From positions 4,712,001 through 4,776,000 of the forward strand of contig OX597828.1 of assembly GCA_951406725.2 (NCBI GenBank): DNA of 64,000 bases. Direction: 5' to 3'. Source of the DNA: Octopus vulgaris. Its lineage: Eukaryota. Below the pieces are notes generated by a model. It was given only the letters and a program-made list of their open reading frames with translations, searched no databases and was not told where the DNA came from. Made by a program: the position numbers and the translations under genes. Of this stretch, positions 13,290-26,991 are shown piece by piece (position 1 is the stretch's first letter; every line of letters starts with the position of its first letter).

Positions 13290-14070
13290 GAGCATTTGTG
13301 GATTTGGGTAATCCGTGGAAATTACTCTATTTGATTACAGGGTTGCATATATAATATTCCTCCTTGTCTGTGAAGGAATCTTGGAATTCATTGATTTGTC
13401 TTCTGATTTTATTCATTATTGTTTTTTCTGAGTGTCTTGGTTCTTCCTTGTAGTAGGTTTGGTTTGTTAATATCTCCAATATTTTATCTTTATAATAGTC
13501 TTTGTCCATGATTACTATCCCCTCTCCCTGATCGGCTTCTTTTAGGATGATTAAATTGTCATTCTTCAGTGATTGCAAGTTTTCCTTTTCTTCTTCATGA
13601 AGGTTTAGCTTGCATCTGTGGGATTTTAGGGGCAATTTTGAAATTGTGTCTATATACGCGTCGAACTATTTGTCCTTTCCCTTGCAGGGGGTGAAGTGGG
13701 ATTTAATTCTGACTATTGGTTCTTCATTTAAATGCTTACTGCTGAGGTGGTGGAGGTTGAAGTGTTCAATATCAAATTTCAGTTCGATGAAATTAGGGGT
13801 GGATGTCGGGGTAAACTTGAAAGCTTTTAATAGGAGGTTCATCTCATTCTTGTTGCGGTTTCTATTTGACAATTTTATGACCTTCAGGTGTATATGTGCT
13901 GTGTGTTCATTTAAATTATATGTTTTATCGGGTCTGGTATTATCGCGTTTCTATTTTCTGATTTCGGGGTTCTGGTTCCCATGTAGATGGGAGGATGGTT
14001 GATGTATTTTATGCGAATTCCGTTGGTTATAAGGCATTTTTTCTTCCCATCTTCCGTGTTTTTCTCCCCA
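13290..14070 (-). mobile_element. Penelope-like element, N-terminal/pre-RT remnant
   Basis: LLLKAFKFTPT, NLHEEEKENLQSLKNDNLIILKEADQGEGIVIMDKDYY (ADKG-like motif), ending near FHGLPK. Confidence 0.8.
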
Positions 14071-14142
14071 TTCAGGATATATGTGATTTTATATATATCC
14101 AAACACAGACACATAAACAAATGCATATCTTTATATAAATAA

Positions 14143-14190
<48 letters not shown>

Positions 14191-14199
14191 TTATGTATG

Positions 14200-14248
<49 letters not shown>

Positions 14249-14288
14249 CCCAATTGCCACTCAGCTGGACCACACAACCACTCATGCG

Positions 14289-14348
<60 letters not shown>

Positions 14349-15362
14349 TAAATCTTAGAGAATAATAACTATTCCAGTTTATCAGGATATTCACTGTTTT
14401 ACATTTTACAAATGCAATGTAAACAGTATCATTTATAATATTATTACATATTTGGAATTTTCAGAGTATTTTATTTTAGTTATGTTATTCCCATAATACT
14501 TAGTGCATGACAGAGTGAGCAGCCATTTACGCAGGAACGAGAAGGAGTTAACATTATGTCGATAAGTATTCTTCCCGTGTTAATTTACTAGATTTTTTTA
14601 CTAGTTTAATTCAATAAATTTATAACGTATATAGTGCTTTTTACTAAATAATCTTTTTAGATATTATTAACTTACGTTTGACATAAAAATGGTCATTTAT
14701 ACTTGTATAGATAGGGGTAAATCTTTCACTAAATTATCAATTCCCGTAATGTTTATATAGACAGGTTGTAGAATTCGATGTGTATATAGCCGTTAAAGAA
14801 TTCCTTAGGTTTAGCAGTTTCTATATATATCGGTATCATAAGTTAGGCGTTTAAAATTTTTAATTTTTAAAAATATATTTATAATTTTTATATTCTTATA
14901 TTTTATTCATAATCTTATTTTTCTATTTAGTATAACTTCTATGTATTTTTAACTTCAGTCCTTTAATAATAATAACAATAAGATAAATAGCTTGAAGACG
15001 CACTGGTGGTTTTATGTATTAGGTATAGCCTTGATAAACACCCCACCAGCTCAGAAATATGAGTAGCGTTGATTAGAAATATCTTTTTGCTCAACAGACT
15101 AATAACAAGTACGTTATTTATATTTTCAAATAATTTTACTGTATTTTATAGTAGTTTTTTTAAATGCTTATGTTATTTTATTGGATATAACTTTCGATGT
15201 GTATTCCATACAATAAGGTCATCCTGAAATAGGAGTTGAGGTTCTACTGGTAAAATCCCAAATTTGTAATAATATATATATAGTGAATCCGAGCAAAGAA
15301 GAACAAACATGAAAAACAACAACGCGGGGACGTATCATCAGACGCTCAGGAAAGGAAAAAGG

Positions 15363-15397
15363 ATTTAACGTTTCGAGCAAAGCTCTTCTTCAGAAAT
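15363..15397 (-). ncRNA. Minimal type-I hammerhead ribozyme candidate with intact core
   Basis: Minus strand ATTT CTGAAGA A GAGC TTT GCTC GAAA CG TT AAAT: 4-bp stem I, CUGANGA, 4-bp stem II, GAAA and palindromic AACGTT as stem III. Confidence 0.6.
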
Positions 15398-15739
15398 AGT
15401 GGAAAGTGCAAAAGAAGGGAAGACGAATGACAATCAAAATAAGCAATTAGATATCAAGAGATAATGCAGTACGACATCAATTTAAATGCAGTGCCATCAT
15501 CAGCTGCACAAATAAATAGAATTTTCACCAGTTGGACACATTAATATAATTTTCTCAAATACTTTAAACAGAGCAAAAATATGGAAGAAGTTCATGCTGT
15601 CGCTATTGTAACTAAGAATAGACTACACTTCGAAGAATGGCATGAAGCCCACTGGGGTCATAGCCTGTAAAGGATTGTGGTTCATTTCTAATTTATTTGT
15701 CCTTTTACCAACTAACTAATCTAAGACTAGAGGACTGTC

Positions 15740-15802
<63 letters not shown>

Positions 15803-16806
15803 CGCTAGAATCGACGTGGACTCTTATTGCTGGATGTGATATGACCATATACATTCAAATATTTCTCAGCTGCTTCTTTTAATGTTTTCTTCTGTTCAGT
15901 TAAGGCACACAATAGTTACAACTCGCTATAATAAACAAACCCAAAAATAGCCACTAAATACTTAATAGACAAACAAATAGTAGCATCTAAACCCGTTATG
16001 GACAAACTGTAGCTCTCGTGACTTTCTGAACAGCACGCCAACGAAAAATAATATCTAATTCTTTAAAAAGTGCGGCCGACCTTATGATAATCCATCACTC
16101 TTGCGGCCCACTTCTGGGAAAAGTCTGCACGTACCGATTTAAACTTCACGGAAGGACATCAACTCATAAAAACTAGAGCTCGATGCACAGTTAATTGCCT
16201 ACACACAAATATTACTGTATTGTGCGTGAGTGAGGCTGTCTGTCTGTACTTATTTATGAGTATTTCAATAGTTCAATACTAGATATTTGATGATTAATTT
16301 AGGGCGATTTACATAGCTAAATTGCTACCTAGCTAAATAGGTTTTAAACTGCCCTTGAACAAATGTGGCATACGTACATTTTAATAACACAAAGGTAATA
16401 ATTATCTATTGTTGTGCTACTTAAACAAGCAATTAATTTTAGAATTTGCTACACTAAGCGGCATCTTCATTATTTTCACTGTTCATAAAATATGAATATT
16501 TCATTTATTTCAGAGCAGCCGCAAGTGCAATGTTATATTTTTAAGTGTTATACTAATTGCGTGTATATTAAATTTAAAGCAAGCATATTGATATAGTCTC
16601 AAACACACAATACTGTCGTTTAACTTTCTACAAGTGTACCATACAAGCACACACATTTATGTACACACGCATTTCTGTACACACATGTGTGTATGTAAGT
16701 ATACATATATGCATGTATACATACATGTATGGTAAAATAGAAGCTAGAGATAAATTGACAAAGACACAGGCACACGCACGCACGCACACTCACACACACC
16801 AAGATA

Positions 16807-17339
16807 TAGAGTTGGGGTAGACAGGACAGACGATTTTGAAGTGCCTATTACTCAGCCTCGGGTGTAGGGACATATGTCCGAAAGTTATCATTCGGTCCGT
16901 GGTTTCTTAGATATTTTTTTGCAGGTGAAGCCATGGAGCTGTGGATGATAGAGCATCGCGTGTTTATCTACGTGTTTACCTGAGTTACACGTCAGGCAAA
17001 CTTTCATAGAGAATCCGAATCGCTCTTCGAATCGTTCTGTAAGGCGTATTTTGCATGAAGACTTACGTTTCCACCCGTACAAATTGGTCATTGAGCAACA
17101 CATGAAACCATGGGACCATTCACAGAGCAATGCTGGAGAGAGAGTGGGGGTCAACGACCAAGAACGCCTTCAGAAATGCATCAATGCAAATCGACACAAC
17201 ATGATGCATATTGTTTTCCACACTTCATTTTGCCAAATGTTAATTCAATACGAACACATTGATGTAAATAAAATTTGTTTGCAGCTAGATTTAATGATTT
17301 TGTGAATTGTTCAAAAACGTCTGTCCTCTCTACCGCAGC

Positions 17340-17342
<3 letters not shown>
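16807..17342 (+). mobile_element. Internally deleted Tc1/mariner-superfamily element
   Basis: TIRs of about 33 bp (GGTAGACAGGACAGACGATTTTGAA / TTCAAAAACGTCTGTCCTCTCTACC) next to TA. Internal peptide RRILHEDLRFHPYKL and C-terminal RLQKCINANRH. Confidence 0.75.
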
Positions 17343-17383
<41 letters not shown>

Positions 17384-17845
17384 GACATAGAGATTACAAA
17401 AATAGGGATTCTCTCTTTGAAACTGATAATTTTGAAAATTCTTTTCGATTGCAGAACGCCCTGCTCTCTCATGTATCCATATTTAACATTTCTGCGCGAT
17501 CGGATGAACAATACTCGAGTTATAAGCGCACAAGATACACACACACTTATATAAAATTATTGTTAAACATTGAATTTGATTTACTTTTAATTTTTACTCG
17601 GGATGTAACTTCTGAATCAGGCAATTGTGACCGAGAGAACGTCTGCTACAAATGAGGTTTTTGTTTTCACACGGGTAACCTCTAAGACGATCGCTAGAAG
17701 CTGGACGAAAATAAATTAACTGCGACCAGGTTCAATAAGAGGAGCCAGAATAATTGGGTGTAATTACATACTTGAAGTCAGCGTTGGCAGAAATTAAATC
17801 AGCTTGCAAAAACACGCTCACTTTACTAAATTTATACTCGGCCTG

Positions 17846-18045
<200 letters not shown>

Positions 18046-18235
18046 GGACAGGAATGTAAAGACTCATGATATTGTGACATGGTACTACGACAGAGTTGGC
18101 GATACACGAAACAGCATCAGGTAAGCAAGCATATACACAAACACGCACTTACACATACGTATATAGATGTGTATATATTTATATATACGTATATATACAC
18201 ACATACACACACACACGTACACACGTACACACACA

Positions 18236-18287
<52 letters not shown>

Positions 18288-20329
18288 CATATATATGCAT
18301 ACGTAGATTTATGTGCGTGTGTATATGTGTGTAATCTATATATGACACCTTCAGCAGAGCAATGTAGGAATGTTACTGTTTCTACATACTGTATTATAGA
18401 AGTGATACGGATACTTTCCAAACATGAAGAGCACGAATAAACTTATATTTTACTGTAAAAATACGAAATATCACTAAAATGAGGGTTAAATTTTAGTTTA
18501 AAATCAATAAGGTGGTTATGATCTCAAGCATATATACATAAATATACAAGTACATACATATATAACGGGAAGCTTTATGAAAATAGACAAAAAAGACGAA
18601 GGCTGGTTTACGGAAATAAACAAAAGACGAAGGCAGATGGAATACAAACAAACAATTGTATTAGTATGGCGCTCAGGAAATATAAATACATACATATATA
18701 TGTTTATATTCACATATGTGTATGTGTGCATGTTTGTGTATGCGTGCATGTGTGTGCGTGTATGTGTGCATGTGTGTATTTGTGCATTTGTGTATGTGTT
18801 TTGTGTATATGCTTGCCTAACTGATACTGTTTGGTGTATCTTCTCTGTCGTAGAACCAGCTCTCAATGTCATGACTCTTCACATTCCTATGAAAGGATAT
18901 GATTTGTGAACGTCTGTTTTTCCTTATTAACTACGTCTCTACAGGTAGCTACTGATATATTAAAAAGAAATGGGTGTATTAATCAGTATACTACTTTTCG
19001 CGCATACTTTCCCCCCAAATTGCACGCATTTAGTAGCCCATAAATTTGCCAACTTGAATCCTTATAAATTTTCTTTTCTAGACAAGGAAATACTTTGAAC
19101 TTGGAAGGCTCGGTAAATTTGACAAGTATATGGTGTTTGAGAAGAACAACAAACACAACAACAACAGCAGCATCCAAATAAAAAATAGCAGCAGCACAAC
19201 TGGAGTTTACCAGAATCAATCGCTGTTTAATATGCAGCAACGCTAAATCATTATTCGCAAAAGTATCGAATAAGAAAGAACAAAAAAAATTAATAATAAA
19301 CATCCCGTAAAATGCTGAAAGACACGTAAGTAATACTCTGTAAAATTTACTGATATTTGCAACGTATAAATGATGTATTACAAATGCTTGCTGAAGCTTC
19401 TCACGCAAAGTGTAAACACTGCCACTGAAGCACGGTCCATATCAACAGAATTCCCTCCGTTTGCATGAAACATACATGCACTAACACACGCTCACACACG
19501 CATACACACACACACACACACTACACATACACAGCCACACGCAGCTTACAAGCACACACATGCAAACAGACACAAACACAAAACTGTAATGAATATTTAG
19601 TGTTGTATCATCCCACAGAAGCTTCAATTGGTGAAAGCGTGATGGTCGTGTTTTATTTATATTATATATATATATATATATATATATGTGTATATATGCA
19701 TAACCCTGTGTGTGTGTGTGTGTAAGTGTATTACGTGTGAATGTGTTTCTTTTAATATGAGTCCTGAGAGAATGGGCTAAGTTTAGTACCTATGACCATT
19801 TAGGGCTATCACTATTAAGAATGTTCTGAAAACCAGTAATTTTACAGTACCTTAATGCATGCACGGTGTTTTAGATGAGATAGTAATATCACCTTATTGC
19901 AGATGCACTGGCATCGTATAATGTAATGCAACCCATCGATATGTTGTTGTGAGCATTAAATCTTATCAATTACAAACATTTAAAATTAAGTGTCAATTAC
20001 ATTGTAATCCAGCCGAACGTTGTGAAAAGACAACCCAAAACTTCAGACTGCGATTACTGTTTGTAATTCTGCTAGGATTGTATATCTAGAAATGTTCGTT
20101 TCAGCCCTAAAATTGCCATTTTACTCGTATATAGCACCATCATATTCATAACTTTATCGTAAAAGAGTGGTTTGTAAAGGTTAAGGCGGATTGAATGAAC
20201 CGGAGACATTTTACGCCTTTCTCTTTCCTATCAACGTTGTCAATAAAAAGCCAGAAATTGAGCTTATGTACCGTTACTCGATATTCTAGAATTAGCAGCC
20301 AAGTAGCTCTCTACTTGCACTCAGCCTGA

Positions 20330-21650
20330 CAAACCTCGCTTGACCTCACACTGTAGATTTAATAAGCAGATTCAGCCGTGGCGCCACCAACACCAACAAA
20401 CATACCGACACCGAGTTTCCCCCAAACACTTCTTGGAATCCGAAGATGTCCCACTCCCCGATGCGGAGCGGGCGGACATCAAAGGTGGAGAGTTGGAGCG
20501 CCATGAGGAGTGGATGTTAAAAAAAAAAACGGAAAAAGAGACAGAAAAGAAAACAAGCATATAAACAAATCTTCACCCACATGGGCAAATCCTCATCCAC
20601 ACATGAAGTAGAACGAACAAAATCAAACCTACATAAACAAATAAACCCAAAACTAACAAAACAACGATACCACAACCTCTAACACCTGAAATACAAGCCG
20701 TTCCACACACGCAACAACAACAACACCAACAACAATCACAACTACAACCCCCACCGCCATAGCAACATCCACAGCAACAATAACAGCAAAAACAACAACA
20801 ACAGACGAATTAAAGACACTAGCATTACAAACTACATGGCAATAGGTACCAAAAAACAATGAATTAATGAAGTACATAATAATAACACACACAAACATTA
20901 CACGAAAAGATTTTGTCACCCTTACAATCTCCCTAACTGAACACATACAAATGATTCAAATAATACAAAACACATACACGCACTTAAAAGCTCAATTCTT
21001 ACAGGAAATCGGAGATTTTCTTGGGAATATCACTGTGATAATTCTTTGTGATTTTCTGTGGAAACACTCCAAGCCAACAGGAGGGACGGGCAATCCACAT
21101 CCCCAAACAAAACCAAAACAAAAAGTTTTCCTTTTCTTTTTCTGACAACATGATCGTGTACAGAATAGGCAGCATGAATGTACGTGGCCTTGGAAACGGG
21201 GTCACCTGTTCAACGACCTCAGGGAAATGAATGTTGACGTGGTGGCCATTGTTGAAACCAGAATTTCCGACTCACGATATTTCCAACCTATTTTCAGTGG
21301 CAATGAGATGTACGCGTTCCCAAGTTTTCGGGAGCGGGAGGCGGAATCCCCATGATAGTTCGGAAAAATTTGGATCGTACAATACAGACGATCTTCCCGT
21401 ATGCGGAAGGTTATTCGGTGGTCGTGGAAGTGAGAGACAGCGAAGGATATACTTTCAGGCTAGCTGCTGTGTATACCAAAACAGAGGCAAGATGACCAGA
21501 TTTTTTCAGATGTCTCGAAATCGTCCGCTCTTTAGTATTAGTAGGGGATTGGAATGGAGTTTTAGATGTAAGACAGCACTGTGTTGATTTAGCAGATAGG
21601 AGAGGAGGATGCAAAAGCCTCACAAATCTGCTCAGACGATTTCATCTGTT
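20330..21650 (+). mobile_element. L1/Tx1-like LINE remnant (ORF1 end, spacer, start of ORF2 APE endonuclease)
   Basis: At 21150 MIVYRIGSMNVRGL..NVDVVAIVETRIS (APE motifs I/II) and later a GDWN-like motif. The A/C-rich, Thr-rich upstream region is consistent with ORF1. Boundaries are approximate. Confidence 0.7.
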
Positions 21651-21659
21651 GCTATTGAT

Positions 21660-22852
21660 ACCTAGATTAGAACGCATTCTTTTCTTGATGATGTCTGACA
21701 ACTATACCTGGCCTATTGACCTTAATTTCTTTTACTGTGTGTATTGGCATATCTCATAGTATGGTTGCTTTCTCGTTTTCTGTGACCTTTTCTGGCGTGT
21801 GCCTATGCCATCTTTCTTCTGCTGTTATTCCATAGTGTTGGCATAGCTTCCAGTGTATAAATGTCTCAACTCTGTCGTGTCTGTGAACATATTCCTTCTT
21901 AGACAGCACTGGGCAGCCAGAGACAATGATTTATTATTTCTTGTCCATCTCCACACAATCTGCAGTCACATGTTATGTTTCTTTTCATCATATGCTTTTC
22001 GTAATTTCTGGTAGAGAGGATTTGGTCTTGTGATGCAATTTAAAATGCTTCAGTCTCTGCCGTAAGTCCTCATTGTTGAGATTTTGCTTTGTCTATTTCT
22101 TTTGCGTTTAGTTTAACCCAGTACTTTCTTGCCATCTTTTTATCATGATCTGCTACAGTTTCAGTTTTAGTTTGGATTTCAGTTGTTTTATAGCATTTTT
22201 GTTTCTTCTTTTTTCATAGTTGTTTTGTAGTATGACTTGTTTTTTGTATTTGTCAGCTTCCTTAAAGCCTGAAAACAGTCTTATTGCTTTGTTCGCTTAT
22301 GCGGCTTTTTGTATTAGTTTTACTTCCTTCTGGAGTAGGTATTTTTGTAGTGCAATGGTGCTTAATTTGTAATAGTTTTCTAGCTGTATAAGGTCTCTAC
22401 CACCTTCTATACGTTGTATATATAACCTTTCTCTGTCAGATTTTTGGTGGTCAATCCTAAATGCTATCATTATTTTTCTTGTTTTCTTGTCTATTTTAAT
22501 TAGTTCATTTAGTATCCAGTTAAGGATATTGTAGCTGTAACTTATGACTGGAACGGCTAGAGCGTTGCTGCCTATTATCATGGTTTTCGCATTGAGCTCT
22601 GTTTTCAGTGTTAATCCAATTCGTCTATAGTATTTATTTAAAAAATGTTCTCTTACATTTGTGTGTGCTGTTTCGTATATAGTTCATTGATTCCTAAGTA
22701 GCTGTATGTCTGGCTTTGGTCTATTTCTCTTATTTCATTTGCTTTATCTTGTATGACGTTGCTAATTTGAACTCTTCTCAAGGTTGCTTTGATGCAATTT
22801 AAAATGCTTCAGTCTCTGCCGTAAGTCCTCATTGTTGAGATTTTGCTTTGTC
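21660..22852 (-). mobile_element. R4/Dong-like fragment, same family as 8547-9355, decayed and rearranged
   Basis: Nucleotide-collinear with 8920-9350. Peptide NALAVPVISYSYNILNW..IDKKTRKIM..RLYIQRIEGGRDL matches the RLE-clade thumb region. Confidence 0.85.
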
Positions 22853-22945
22853 GTACAGTTTTAATTCATCCACATATACAAGAGGTGGCTGCTTGTTTTG
22901 CCGAAACAATTGTATCCACATCCAGTTCTGTTTAGCATGTCAGAT

Positions 22946-22995
<50 letters not shown>

Positions 22996-23839
22996 GTATG
23001 TATGCATGTATCTATATATGTAACTCAATCCACCCCATACATCTTAACGTTTCGTAGCCTTCTTAGAAGCACCTAGCTCCTCAACCTCGGTTGAACGAAT
23101 GGATAGGATAGAGGAAGTTTCTAGATGACTACAGAAACAAGGCAGCCATTCGTCACAGCGGGTCAAATGGTATTGTTTGAAGTGAGATCGTCATTCCAGA
23201 GACAGATGCATTAAAAAGGAGAATTTCTTGGACTGCGTGGGTGGATAGGAAGCTTGTGGCAGCAAGCTATCTGGCCGGTCTTTCTAGGGAATCGCATGCA
23301 GAGTGGGGGGTGTATATGTGTGTACAAGATGTATGAGTGCTTAGATGTCGGTGTCTGTTGCTTATACCTATGTATCTGCTACATATTTGGGGTGGGGGCA
23401 TGTGTATAATCATGCGTGTGGGTCAGAGTTGTGGGCATCACCCCGTTAGTGTGTATATGTGTGTTTGCAAGGGAGTGTGTACTTAGGAGTGAGGGTACGT
23501 ATCAGTCATGTGTGAGTACTCACGTACGCGAATATGTGGATGTATCCTTCAGCTGTGTATATCGGCTGAGTTTGTGCCAGTTGTATGCGCGTGTATGTAA
23601 GTGTGTTTCCGACTGTGTGTGTGAATATGTGCCTGTTGTATACACGTGTGCGCGTGTATGTGTTTAGGATACATGTATTGGTATGTGTTCGAATGGATGG
23701 TTGGTGAATGAGAGTATGCACATTTCTGTATATGTATGTGTATGTATGAATGCCTGCATATTTGTCCGGAAGAATATGTATGCAGGTATGCGTGTGTTTT
23801 CATCTGGTGAGTGTGTGTTAGTGTACATGATTGAGTCTC

Positions 23840-24080
23840 TTGTCGAAGACGACGTATGAGCGATCAGTTTTACCGAACAACCTGCACAAGTGGTTTGTTT
23901 ACAGTGATCAAAGCCCCATCAAGTCAACGTCGTCTGAACAGGTGTCATGCGTCAGGTGTCGAAGTGATCGTAAAGCAACATGACATGGAGTGTTTTGTTC
24001 ATGAACACAACGTACTACAAAGTCTACTCATTGAAATCACGATCTAGCATGATCCACCACCCTTATCCACTAGGCCATGC
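23840..24080 (-). mobile_element. tRNA-derived SINE (third family), degenerate
   Basis: Reverse complement begins GCGCATGGCCTAGTGG..GATCGTGATTTC..GTTGTGTTCATGAACAAAACAC, similar to 28420-28620 and 54765-54990. Confidence 0.55.
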
Positions 24081-24651
24081 GCTCACACACACACGCACAC
24101 ACACACACACATACCCATATACAAATCTGAGTACTTTTGGAATTTGAGTGTTTGAATATGAAAGATATATGTCTTAGTGTGGTTCCAAATGCATTGCTGG
24201 GAATGACGAGGAAAGTGGCGCTGGGTTGATGTTTCGTGGTTTTAGGAGATAAAAACTTGTTTGTATTAGGGGCGGGGGAAGAAATAGAGGAAAAGCATGC
24301 ATGCATAGATGTATCTTTATATTAGTGTGTGTGTGTACCCACGTGCATGGAGAGGGACGTTGGTTTTTTATAGGGGATGCAACAGGTCGGAATGTCAGCC
24401 TGTGTTTTGTGTAGACATCGATGGTAAGAAATACTGTCCTTGACTGTGAAGCAGCCAGGGTTAAGGCGCAGTCAGTGTAAAGTGGGTACGGTTTTCATAG
24501 CGTCTATTGTCATTAATAGCAGGCGGGAAGGCATTCTTGCTCTTCGCTCTGACACTTGAAACTCCGAGTACTATTGTAACAACTTACTCTTTGTTCTGAA
24601 TTATAACGTACATAAATAATCCTCTATTTATCTAATATCGAGGTCTCATCC

Positions 24652-24655
<4 letters not shown>

Positions 24656-24713
<58 letters not shown>

Positions 24714-24768
24714 GTTGTTGTTGTTGTTGTTGTCGTCGTTGTTGTTATTATTATTGTTATTATTATTA
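24656..24768. repeat. (TTA)n/(TTG)n compound microsatellite
   Basis: Direct reading. Confidence 0.95.
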
Positions 24769-26920
24769 TGTAATAAATACATATATATATACATATACAT
24801 ACACACGAACGCACGCGCATACACGTGCAAACACATACACACACACACACATATATATTGATTAACACTTAAGTATGCATATATTGGCAATTAAACTATA
24901 ACGCAATCAATTAGAAGCCATTTAAAAACTTTGTTCAATCCGAGTTTCACTTTCATGGCGTTCTCCCTGTCTTCCATGATTTCAAATCGATAAAGCTTCA
25001 CCCATCTAATAAATATCAAATCTTATAAACCTGTCACTCATTTTGCCTATGATTTTTTCTTCTGGAACAAATCAGTTGGATTCAGATCTGCAGAGGGCTG
25101 CCCTCGGTCATGTCTAAAATTGTCTAATACTCGTTGTGAGTCACGACGGCGCCCCTACGACAACACGAAAGACTTCAATGCACAAGAAAATTACATGTCA
25201 ATAATAGTTGGAAATGCATTTCTTATTCCATAAATTTTAAACAAGATGTGAATATTTATGTTTTGACTTATTAACAGAAGCAAGAATTCTGCTGAAGAAG
25301 TAAAAATGACTGCTTCCCTTCGTGTTATTCCCGTGCATACTGTGTATGAATGACAGGAGCTTGAAGAACTGTACATTTTGACTTACCATTGAAGGAATGC
25401 AGCGTATACTCGATAATGTTTGATGTACTGTGAAATTGTGGAACATTTTAAATAAAATATTTACGATCTCTGTATCTCTGAGGCTTGTTTATGAAAATAA
25501 TGGGTGTTCCTCCCAATTTACCCTGACACACATGTATGTTGTACCGATAAATTTGCTAAAACGAAATGACCCAGATTGTAAAAAAACATACTTCTAAGAA
25601 AAAATATCTGACCTTGCTCAGATAAACACTCGCACGTGCGCACATGTACGCACCCGCGCGCACTCGCACACTTGAAACTGACTGTGTAGAAAATCAATCA
25701 AATGATTGTCAACAAGTAGATTAGATGAAAAACAGACAGGAGAAGAAACCGAAGGATTTATGACGTCCCTCGTACTTCTAACAGAGAAAGACAAAATTTC
25801 AAAATGTTATTTCCTCATCAGAGGAAATTGAAAGTAAAGCTGTGATAGTCATGAAATTGATGATATATTTAATTTTGTAATGTAGCATAATAGCAAACCG
25901 ATGTTATAGATAAACAATCTCAAAGATTTATTTCAATAATGATTATGAGAAAAGTAATACAGCCGTTTCACAAACATCTAAGAAACATCATCTACAGAAT
26001 AGATAACGAAATGCTTAACTGATATAAATGATAGAAGAGATTAATTTATTGTAACTACAGTTATATTAGAGGCAAACTTTCTGGATATTTAGATTTTTCC
26101 TTTTTTTGTCATGTTTGCTAGAAAGATAGCGAAACATATGGCTTAAGAGATAAAACCTTTTAATCTTCATTTAAATCAAAACTACTGTACTCATACTCAC
26201 ACGCACTTCTCTTTCTCGCCCAAAATGCCTACACTTTATATACGTACGGTTAAAACTGGAAGTAGAGATAAATGCATAGGTTTATATATATATGTATATG
26301 TGTGTGTGTGTGTGTTTTCATGTGTGTATGTATATATGTTTATTTATATATATATTATTCATATATGAATATATATATATATGCACACACATATTTAACC
26401 TACATATATGCAAACATACATACAAGTGTGTGTATATATATATATATATATACATATATACGTACATACATATATATGCATATATATATTTATGTATATA
26501 TGTGTGCATATAAATATGTGTATATGTACACACAGACACATAAATACAAAGATAAATGTATATATGTATATGTGTGTGTTTCTGTGTGCATGTGTGTGTG
26601 TTTGTATGTGTGTGTGTATTTGTATGTGTGTTTCTGTGTGCATGTGTGTGTGTGTTTGTATGTGTGAGTATTTGTGTGTGTGTGTTTGTATATGTGTATG
26701 TATGCGTATGTGTGTCCGTATATACACGCAGACACACATAAACGGACATATACAAAATTATCTAGTAAGTTAACAGGATATATTTGTCATATTTAAGCAT
26801 ATACAGTAGCGCAATGCGTGTGTATATGTATATATTAGTGTGGTTACACTTGTGTAGGTGCGTATATGTGTTTGCATGTATGCATATGTGTTTGCATGTA
26901 TGCATATCTATCTATACATG

Positions 26921-26991
<71 letters not shown>

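Noticed and set aside
24656-24768. TTA array as a Dong insertion site
   Set aside because: There is no retrotransposon sequence on either side; it is an empty microsatellite.
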